Shown: positions 54,380 through 64,000 of the stretch, piece by piece
How positions within the stretch are numbered: position 1 is the first letter of the stretch
Layout: every line of letters begins with the position of its first letter
Origin: Eledone cirrhosa
Taxonomy: Eukaryota
DNA: 64,000 nucleotides
Assembly (NCBI GenBank): GCA_964016885.1
Contig: OZ024748.1
Span: 40,114,001-40,178,000 of the forward strand
Direction: 5' to 3'
Program-made: the position numbers and the translations under genes
The notes under the pieces: model-generated
Database searches by the model: none
The model's input: only the letters and a program-made list of their open reading frames with translations
What the model was told of the DNA's origin: nothing

Positions 54380-54515
54380 AAAATAACTTGCTTGCCAAAT
54401 AATTTGTTTCCTCAGAGTTCAAAGGAATGCCTATATCAATTTTGAATTTTTCACTCAACATTTCAGCACACTGGGACCAATGGACCTGGTCAGGGACTTG
54501 GAATAAAACACGGTT
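54380..54515 (-). CDS. STAT: STAT5-like exon, start of the linker domain
   Basis: NRVLFQVPDQVHWSQCAEMLSEKFKIDIGIPLNSEETNYLASKLF (compare STAT5 [24 protein letters not shown]...LAQKLF). TTCCAG acceptor and GTAAGT donor. Confidence 0.93.
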
Positions 54516-54572
54516 CTGGAACATAGAGATATGATAATAGACCAATGGGAATCCATTGTCAAATAGAGGTGA

Positions 54573-57500
54573 CACCACCACCACCAACACCACCACCACC
54601 ACAACCACAACACAACAACACCAAACACCACAACACCACCACCACACCACCATGAACACCAACCACCACAACACCACCACCACCATCAACAACAACAACA
54701 CCACCACCGACCACCACAACACCACAACACCACCACCAACCACAACAACACCACCACCAAAACACCACACCACAACCAACCACATCACCACCACCAACCA
54801 TCACAACACCACAACACTACCACCAACCAAAAAACACCACCATCAACATCACAACAACTACACCAACCACAACACCAACCACACCACCACTAACCACAAC
54901 ACCGCCACCAACCACAACACCGCCACCAACCACAACACCACCAACCACAACACCGCCACCAACCACAACACCACCACCACCAACCACACCACCACTAACC
55001 ACAACACCGCCACCAACCAAAACACCACCACCACCCACAATACCACCACCACAACACCACCAACCACAATACCACAACACCGCGACCAACCACAACACCA
55101 CCACCAACCACAACACCGCCACCAACCACAACACCACCACCAACCACAACACCGCCACCAACCACAACACCACCGCCACCAACCACAACACCGCCACCAA
55201 CCACAACACCACCGCCACCAACCACAACACCACCGCCACCAACCACAACACCGCCACCAACCACACCACCACAACACCACCACAACACCACCACCACCAA
55301 CCACAACACCACCGCCACCAACCACACCGCCACCAACCACAACACCGCCACCAACCACAACACCACCGCCACCAACCACAACACCGCCACCAACCACAAC
55401 ACCGCCACCAACCACAACACCACCACCACCAACCACAACACCACCGCCACCAACCACAACACCACCACCACAACACCGCCACCAACCACAACACCGCCAC
55501 CAACCACAACACCGCCAGCAACCTCAACACCGCCACCAACCACAACACCACCGCCACCAACCACACCGCCACCAACCACACCACCACCAACCACAACACC
55601 GCCACCAACCACAGCACCGCCACCAACCACAACACCACCACCAACCACAACACCGCCACCACAACACCACCACCAACCACAACACCACCGCCACCAAGCA
55701 CAACACCACCAACCACAACACCACCACCACAACACCGCCACCAACCACAACACCACAACCCCACCACCAACCACCGCCACAAACCACAACAACACCGCCA
55801 CCAACCACAACACCGCCACCAACCACAACAGCACCACCAACCACAACACCACCGCCACCAACCACAACACCACCGCCACCAACCACAACACCACCGCCAC
55901 AACACCACCAACCACAACACCACCACCAACCACAACACCACCACCAACCACAACACCGCCACCAACAACAACACCACCACCAACCACAACACCGCCACCA
56001 ACAACAACACCACCACCAACCACAACACCGCCACCAACCACAACACCACCGCCACCAACCACAACACCACCACCACAACACCACCAACCCCAACACCACA
56101 ACACCGCAACCAACACCACCACCACAACACCGCCACCAACCACAACACCGCCACCAACCACAACACCGCCACCAACCACAACACCGCCACCACAACACCG
56201 CCACCAACCACAACACCACCAACCACAACACCACCACCAACCACAACACCGCCACCAACCACAACACCACCGCCACCAACCACAACACCACCGCCACCAA
56301 CCACAACACCACCGCCACCAACCACAACACCACCGCCACCAACCACAACACCACCGCCACCAACCACAACACCACCTCCACCAACCACAACACAACCACC
56401 AACCACAACACCACCACCAACCACAACACCGCCACCAACCACAACACCGCCACCAACCACAACCGCCACCAACCACAACACCACCGCCACCAACCACAAC
56501 ACAACCACAACACCACCACCACCACCAACCACAACACCGCCACCAACCACAACACCACCGCCACACCGCCACCAACCACAACACCACTGCCACACCGCCA
56601 CCAACCACAACACCACCGCCACCAACCACAACACCACCGCCACCAACCACAACACCGCCACCAACCACAACACCGCCACCAACCACAACACCGCCACCAA
56701 CCGCAACACCACCACCACCAACCACAACACCACCGCCACCAACCACAACACCACCTCCACCAACCACAACACAACCATCAACACCAACCACAACACCACC
56801 ACCACCACCAACCACAACACCACCACCACCACCACACCACCAACCACAACACCACCACCACAACACCACCACCAACCACAACACCAACCACCACACCACC
56901 ACCATCACCACACCACCAACTACAACACCACCACCAACCACACCGCCACCAACCACAACACCACCACCACCAACCACAACACCACCTCCACCAACCACAA
57001 CACAACCATCAACACCAACCACAACACCACCACCACCACCAACCACAACACCACCACCACCACCACACCACCAACCACAACACCACCACCACAACACCAC
57101 CACCAACCACAACACCAACCACCACAATCACCACACCACCAACTACAACACCACCACCAACCACACCGCCACCAACCACAACACCACCACCACCAACCAC
57201 AACACCACCACCACCAACCACAACACCACCACCACCACCACCAACCACAACACCACCATCAACACCAACCACAACACCACCACCACCAACCATAACACCA
57301 CCACCACCACACCACCAACCACAACACCACAACCACCAACCACAACACCACCACCAACCACAACACCACCACCAACACCAACCACAACACCACCACCACC
57401 AACCATAACACCACCACCACCACCACACCACCAACCACAACACCACCACCAACCACAACACCACCACCAACCACACCGCCACCAACCACAACACCACCAC

Positions 57501-57690
57501 CACCAACCACAACACCAACCACCACCAACTACCACATGACCACCAACCACAACATCACCACCAACCACAACAACACCACCAACCACAACAACACCACCAC
57601 CAACCACAACACCACCACCAAACCAACAACAACACCACCACCAAACCAACAACAACACCACCACCAAACCAACAACAACAACAACAACAA
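54573..57690. repeat. About 3.1-kb degenerate (CCA/CAA)-rich simple repeat filling a STAT intron
   Basis: Shuffled CACCAC/CAACCACAA/CCGCCA motifs with almost no T on the + strand. Confidence 0.95.
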
Positions 57691-57708
57691 TATAAACAGT
57701 TAACTTAC

Positions 57709-57801
57709 AGGAGATGCAAAATGATTGTCCCACAGAATGGTTGCCATTGCTTTACATTCTTGGTTTCCATGAACAGTGACAACAACAGGGTTGGACAGAG
57801 T
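57709..57801 (-). CDS. STAT: STAT5-like exon, end of the DNA-binding domain; upstream exons lie outside the window
   Basis: [31 protein letters not shown] (compare STAT5 TLSLPVVVIVHGSQD.NATATVLWDNAFA). CTTCAG acceptor, GTAAGT donor, 93 nt, phase 0-0. Confidence 0.95.
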
Positions 57802-57824
57802 CTGAAGTAGAGAAAGTCTGATAT

Positions 57825-58226
57825 AAGATTGGCAAAATCAGTAGAGCGTCGGACACCATGTATATAGTCATGACCCTCAGTTCAAATCCCTTCGAGGTTA
57901 GCTTTGCCTTTCATCCTTACGGGGTTGATCAAATAAAGTACCGGTAATGCACTGGGGGTCGATTTAATTGACTTTCCCCACCCCCAAAATTGCTGGCCTC
58001 ATGCTGATAGTAGAAATCATTATTATAATAATAATAGGGCGGTGGATTGGCAGTATCGGTAGAAGGTCGGACGCCATGCTTTCCAGCATAGTTATGGCCT
58101 TTTACGATCTGAGTTCAAATCCCGCCGAGGTTGACTTTGCCTTTCATCCTTACGGGGTCGATAAAATGAGGTACCAGTAATGCACTGGGTAATTGCTGGC
58201 CTTGTGCCTAAAGTAGAAACAATTAT

Positions 58227-58272
<46 letters not shown>

Positions 58273-58690
58273 GTTTCTATATTTGGCACAAGGCCAGCAA
58301 TTTGAAGGGAAGGGGAAGTCAACTAAATCGATCCCCAGTGCATTACTGGTACTTTATTTTATCGAACCCGTAAGGATGAAAGGCAAAATTAACCTCGGCG
58401 GGATTTTAACTCAGATCCTAAAGGGACGTAACTACGCTGGAAAACATGTTTGACCCTCTACCGATACTGCCAGATGGCAGTATCGGTAGAGTGTTGGACA
58501 CCATGCTTTGATGCATAGAGTTACGGCCCTTGCCATTCTGAGTTCAAATGCCACCGAGGTTAACTTTGCCTTTCATCCCTACAGGGTTGATAAAATAAAG
58601 TACCAGTAATGCACTGGGGGTCGATTTAGTTGACTTCCCCTTCCCTTCAAATTGCTGGTCTTGTGCCAAATATAGAAACAATTATTATCT
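57825..58690. mobile_element. Cluster of four family A SINEs (+, +, -, +)
   Basis: Copies at about 57825-58035, 58038-58230, 58270-58472 (reverse) and 58475-58690. Confidence 0.85.
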
Positions 58691-61351
58691 ATTGCTTAGA
58701 TGTGGATTTCAATGTACAGACACTTTCTCTGCTTGCAAGAGTTGGACGGGTCCTATTCAGCACAGCATCTCTCCACCCATCACGGTCCTTCGTCATCTCC
58801 TCCGTGAGTTTCAGCGATCTGAGATATGCTCTCACCACCTCCGCCCATGTTTTACATGGTCTACCTCTACTGCGTCTTCCCTCCACTTCACCCAGCGGTC
58901 ATCCTCTATGCGCATCACATGTCCATACCATCTCATTCTTCTCTCCCGCACCCCACAACTTATCCCTCTTATACCCAATTTCTTTCTCAACTCGTCTATG
59001 CTTGGTTGTTCACGCACATTGACATTGCACATCCAACGGAGCATACTTGCTTCATTTCTCTCCAGCCGTTGCATATCTTCTGCAGTTGCTGCCCATGTCT
59101 CACTACCATGCAGCATCGCGCTCCTCACACAGGCATCATATAACCGTCCTTTCGTATGCAGGGAGAAACCCTTCTTTGTCAACAGAGGAAGCAGCTCCCT
59201 AAACTTCTTCCAACCCATCCTTATTCTGGATACTATGGCCTCGGAACACCCCCGCCCATGCTAATCTGATCACCTAGGTACCGGAAGCTATCAACCACTT
59301 CTCTGGAACCCACCTGCATTGGAAAAATGAGTCTATCACTGATTTATACTGCCAACTTTCCCTGTACATCTACTAAATACATAGTTTTCCCTACCTGTTA
59401 GTTTGCCTGCTATCCCACTACATCTCTTGTGTACCCAAGATCTGCATTGCGTACATTTTATGGAATTTATGCCAGTTCCTTTCCTACATATCGAACATGG
59501 CCATTTCCCTGATGGAATCAGAGTATTGTCCTCTCTTCTACTTATCAACACTTTTGTTTTAGCTATGTTCACTCTCAGGCCTCTTGATTCCAACTGCTGT
59601 TTCCATAGCCAGAATTTATTCTCTAGCTCCTCTACTGATTCTGCTATAAGAATCAGATCATCAGCATAGAGAAGTTCCCATGGGTATCCAGTCCTAAACT
59701 CCTCCGTTATGGCTTGGAGGACTATAATGAACAAAAGTGGGCTGAGGTCAGAACCTTGATGTACGCCTACTTGTATCTGGAATTCCTCACTAAGCTCCAT
59801 TCCTATTCTCACTTTACTGACAACACCCCAGTACATAGCTTGCACTGTCCTCACAAGCCATTCCTCTACCCCTAGTTTCCTTAGAGACCATCAGATGACA
59901 GATCGGGGTACCCTATCAAAGGCCTTCTCTAGGTCAACAAAAGCTAAGTATAGTGGTTTATTCTTCTCTAAGAACCTCTCTTGCAGTTGCCTCACTATGA
60001 AGAGGGCATCTGTTGTACTTTTCCAAGCCACAAAACCAAACTGCATCTCATCTAAATTGACCCTTTCTCTAATCAGTTGCGCTAATATTCTCTCTGCCAC
60101 TTTCATAACCTGATCCATCAGTTTTATACCCCTATAATTGCTCCTCTCTAGAGCATCCCCTTTACCTTTGTAACAATTTATGAGAATACTGCTGCACCAG
60201 TCTTTGGGTATGACACGACCAAATATAGCTTGATTAATGATACGTGCAACTAGTTTAGTGCCTACTCTCCTGAAGCCTTCTGCATCTCAGTAACTATCCC
60301 CAACGGCCCAGCAGCCTTACCATTCTTCATTTCCTTAATTGCCTCTTGTACCCTATATTCCTCAATCTCAATAGCTGGTCCCTCTGTCGGGTCAACTGGG
60401 GGTAATTCCTATCTGTCCCATTCATTCTCTACATTCATCAGTCTCTCAATGACATTTCAAGGCCTCCTTTTTCTAATCATTCGTGACACTAAGTACACCG
60501 GCATCATTCCGGACACACTTATCTCCAACAACATCCTGATTTGCTCTGACACACTGCCTTGCAATGTGGAACACCGCACGCCTCTGATCTTCCCGTCGCA
60601 GAACATTGGCAAACCTCCTACTCTCAGCCTCCCTGCGTGCTAAGTACACCTAACGTCTAGCTTCTCTCTTAGCGGCTGTGTATCCGTCTCTACTCCCACC
60701 ATTTTTCCAAGCTTTCCATACCAGTCTTTTGTCTCTAATGGCCCTATCTACTGTGCTGTTCCACCACCAGGTCACTCTCTGTCTGGTGGAAGCTCTGCCC
60801 CAACCACAAGTTTCTTCAGTAGCCTGCAGTAAGTTGTCACGCAAGAAATTCCAGTTATCATCTATGTCATACAACTCTAAATCGTCTTCTTTAACGCTGT
60901 ACGCATCCTGAAGGGCTTTGCTAAATTTATATTTTAATGAAAGGTCTTTAGCTTCCAGACCTTTCTTTTCCACACCTTCCTGTATGTCTCATTCTTTCTC
61001 TTGCTTACTGAGATATCACTAACGACTAACCTTTGCTGTGGGGTACATTCTTCCCCAGGGTAAGCCTTAGTATTTAACACCATCTGTCTGTCTCGCTGTC
61101 TAACTAACAGGAAGTCAATCTGGCTTATGTGCTCGCCTGATTTGTAGGTTATTAGGTGGTTGGTAGGCTTCTGGAAGTTAGTGTTGCAAATGGTTAGTGC
61201 ATTTGCATCACAAAATTCAAGAAGCCTTATTCCTTCTTCATTTCTTGAGCCGTAACCGTGCCCACCATGTACCCCAGTGTATCCATCCTGGAGCTGTCCA
61301 ACATGTCCATTGCAGTCCCCTTATAGCATAACGATGTCTCTGTCCTCTGTC
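58691..61351 (-). mobile_element. Older, degenerate RTE-clade LINE (end of APE endonuclease plus RT)
   Basis: Fragments carry FVDLEKAFDRVPR, GVHQGSDLSPLLF, LLYADDL and RMRWYGHV, broken by stops and frameshifts. Collinear with the intact copy next to it. Confidence 0.92.
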
Positions 61352-64000
61352 ATCATCATCATCATCATCATCAACGTTTAACGTCCGTGTTCCACGCTTG
61401 CATGGGTTTGGACGGGGGTAGTCCCACTTGAGGCAAGAGTGATTGTCTTGCTCGCATAGGACTGTCTGGCAGGTTTTCTACAGTTGGATGCCCTTCCTAA
61501 CACCAACCACATTTACAGTGTGGGTCTGGGAGGTTTTTACCGTGTTGCCTACACGGCCACATTACAGCGTGGACTGTGTGTTTTTTGTCGTGACACCTAC
61601 ACGATCTCATTTGTTTCGGCCCGGATGGCGCGGCACCAACATAACTTTACATAGGACGGGGTGGTGTGGATGGGGTGGGGGTGGTGGTGGTGGGACGGGG
61701 TGTATTTTGTTAGAGATGCCTACTGGCAAGGCGGGTCTTCTCTGTTACTGAGTACCGCCAAAGGTCTCGGTCCAGTGACATTGTCTTGGAGAGGTGTAAG
61801 TGTGTGAGGTCGGAGTTTATCAGCTCGTCCCAGGTTTTTCTAGGTCTGCCTATTCCGTGACTACCGTCTATCTTTATTGCCCTGCACTTTGTTATACAGC
61901 TATCGACTTTCATGCGCATCACGTGTCCATACCAACGTAGCCTTCTCTCGAGTAAACAACATCTGATCCCTCTTATCTCTAATTTTTTCCTTAGTTCGTT
62001 TATGCTTTGCCGTTCACGTATATTACTGTTACACATCCAGCGGAGCATGCAAGCTTCGTTCCTCTCTAGTCTGCGTATATCCTCTGCACACAATGCCCAG
62101 GTCTCACTGCCATGCAACATTGCTGTTCGTATGCAGGCATCGTACAACCTGCCTTTCATTTTTAGGGAGAACCCTTTAGCAGCTAATAGTGGTATAAGCT
62201 CTCTGAACTTTTTCCAACCAGTTCTGACTCTAGCTACAGTACTTTCAGAGCACCCTCCCCCACTGCTGATTTTATCGCCCAGGTAACGGAAGCTGTCCAC
62301 TATTTCTATAGAACCCTCTGCGCAATTGAAAGAGCTAGTATTGTGTGGGCACTTGCTGCTACTTATTGCACCAGAACACCGGCCACATGTAAAATCTATG
62401 TTCTTAGTTAGCTTACCTGTGATCCCACTACATCTTTTATGCACCCATACTTTGCATTTAGGACACAAAATGGAGTTTCTACCTACGCCTTTCCTACACA
62501 CCGAGCACGACCATTTCCCAGAAGGGACCGCCGCCTTGTTTTCTTTCCTACAAACTAGAACTTTGGTCTTAGCCAGGTTAATTTTAAGTCCTTTTGACTC
62601 TAGGCCGTGCTTCCATGTTTGGAATTTCTTCTCTAGCTCGGCCATTGATTCCGCTATGAGTGTCAGGTCGTCTGCGTATAGGAGTTCCCATGGGCAGCCT
62701 GTCTTGAACTCCTCTGTTATAGCCTGAAGGGCAATAATAAATAGTAGGGGGCTGAGAACAGAGCCCTGATGGACGCCAACTTTTACGCTAAACTCTTCAC
62801 TATATTCGTTGTTAATTCTAACCTTGCTGACTGTTTCTTTATACATGGCTTGTATAGCCCTCACAAGCCATTCGTCAACGCCTAGTTTTCTAAGAGCCCA
62901 CCAGATAATGGAGCGGGGGACTCTGTCGAAGGCTTTCTCCAAGTCGACAAAAGCTAAGTAGAGGGGTTTACCTTTAGCTAGGTACTTCTCCTGTAGTTGT
63001 CGTACTATGAAAAGAGCGTCTGTGGTACTTTTGCCTGACACAAACCCGAACTGCATTTCATCTAGGTCAATTCTCTCTCTGATTAGTTGCGCTATTACTT
63101 TTTCTGTGACCTTCATGACCTGGTCGATTAATTTAATGCCTCTATAGTTACTCCTATCTAGGGCGTCTCCTTTACCCTTATAACAGTTAACGATGATGCT
63201 GCTATGCCAGTCCTTCGGAACAGCCCCATTCTGTACGACTTGGTTAACTATGCGGGTGACCATGGTGTGTCCCACCGTGCCAGATGCCTTCAGCATCTCA
63301 GCAACTATTTCCGAAGGCCCAGCCGCCTTACCTGTCTTCATATCCTTGATTGCCTTACTTATTATACTCCCCTCGACTAACACTGCTGGTCCCTCTATTG
63401 GGTCGACATGGGGGAGACTGTCTTTCTCCCATTTATTCTCCTCATTTAGTAGCCTTTCATAGTGACACTTCCAAGCTGCCTTCTTATCAGTGTCGGTGAT
63501 GGCAAGTATGCCATCATCGTTAAGTACACACTTCTCCCCGACAATATCACGGTTTTCCTTGACGCATTGCCTAGCAATCCTGAACACCTCACGTTTTTGG
63601 TCATCGCGTTGTAGGACATGCTTGAACTTTCTTTCCTCAGCTTCCCTTCTTGCTAAGTACACTTCTCTCCTAGCTTCCCTCCTGGCCACTTGATAGTCTA
63701 CTCTACTTCCCCCATCCCGCCATACTTTCCAAGCCTGCTTTTTGGCCTTAATTGACTCCTCCACCTTACTGTTCCACCACCATGTTACTCTCCTCCTGCC
63801 TACAGGCCTGCTCCAGCCACAGACTTCGTCTGTGGCCAACAGCAGGTTTGCTTTCAGAAATTCCCACTGTCCCTCTATATTGTCCGACTCTAAGTGTTCT
63901 TCCTTACTGTCGAAAGCATCAAGTAATATGTTTTGAAATTTATTTTTGGCTGTGGGGTCCTTTAGCTTCCATATTTTTCTCCTGAGGATAGTCCTCTTCT
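61352..64000 (-). mobile_element. Young RTE-clade LINE with 3' UTR and (TGA)n tail, running off the window end
   Basis: Uninterrupted ORF and a 3' end ...GGACGTTAAACGT(TGA)n. Confidence 0.93.
61710..64000 (-). CDS. RTE LINE reverse transcriptase ORF, 5'-partial
   Basis: The frame is open from the window edge to the stop at 61710. Motifs NYRGIKL, QFGF, FVDLEKAFDRV, GVHQGSVLSPLLF, YADD, a Cys/His finger, FRYLG and RLRWYGHV. Confidence 0.93.
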   Translation of the reverse strand, partial: KRTILRRKIWKLKDPTAKNKFQNILLDAFDSKEEHLESDNIEGQWEFLKANLLLATDEVCGWSRPVGRRRVTWWWNSKVEESIKAKKQAWKVWRDGGSRVDYQVARREARREVYLARREAEERKFKHVLQRDDQKREVFRIARQCVKENRDIVGEKCVLNDDGILAITDTDKKAAWKCHYERLLNEENKWEKDSLPHVDPIEGPAVLVEGSIISKAIKDMKTGKAAGPSEIVAEMLKASGTVGHTMVTRIVNQVVQNGAVPKDWHSSIIVNCYKGKGDALDRSNYRGIKLIDQVMKVTEKVIAQLIRERIDLDEMQFGFVSGKSTTDALFIVRQLQEKYLAKGKPLYLAFVDLEKAFDRVPRSIIWWALRKLGVDEWLVRAIQAMYKETVSKVRINNEYSEEFSVKVGVHQGSVLSPLLFIIALQAITEEFKTGCPWELLYADDLTLIAESMAELEKKFQTWKHGLESKGLKINLAKTKVLVCRKENKAAVPSGKWSCSVCRKGVGRNSILCPKCKVWVHKRCSGITGKLTKNIDFTCGRCSGAISSSKCPHNTSSFNCAEGSIEIVDSFRYLGDKISSGGGCSESTVARVRTGWKKFRELIPLLAAKGFSLKMKGRLYDACIRTAMLHGSETWALCAEDIRRLERNEACMLRWMCNSNIRERQSINELRKKLEIRGIRCCLLERRLRWYGHVMRMKVDSCITKCRAIKIDGSHGIGRPRKTWDELINSDLTHLHLSKTMSLDRDLWRYSVTEKTRLASRHL

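Noticed and set aside
54556-57733. 950-aa Thr/Pro/His/Gln-rich ORF and overlapping Val/Gly-rich antisense ORFs, mucin- or extensin-like
   Set aside because: Artefact of a T-poor simple repeat that lacks stops in several frames. The composition shifts with frame, and the region lies between two well-supported STAT exons.

Overview
AT-rich, repeat-dense eukaryotic DNA. The SINE and LINE families look like those of octopod cephalopods; this is recognition from memory, not a database match. There are two convergent intron-containing genes. (1) On the + strand, a three-exon gene (CDS 4057-4073, 10499-11971, 16541-17930; both introns phase 2 GT-AG; 960 codons) encodes two tandem bacterial-type tryptophanase (TnaA/TPL, PLP-dependent beta-eliminating lyase) domains in one chain. 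The domains have degenerated in a complementary way. Domain 1 has lost the PLP lysine and its own active-site residues but keeps the residues normally donated in trans (GDExY). Domain 2 keeps the PLP site but has lost GDExY, and it carries one in-frame TGA. (2) On the - strand is the 3' half of a STAT5-like gene (9 phase-consistent exons, 57801 to 25966). Its introns are inflated by different minisatellites, including an 18.6-kb array of 67-bp units with nested higher-order repeats. The non-coding DNA holds several minimal hammerhead-ribozyme motifs, including a 14-copy array whose 54-bp unit is a hammerhead. It also holds inverted-repeat-flanked Penelope-like fragments, R4/Dong-like and RTE LINEs, Tc1/mariner and Helitron remnants, and many tRNA-derived SINEs.
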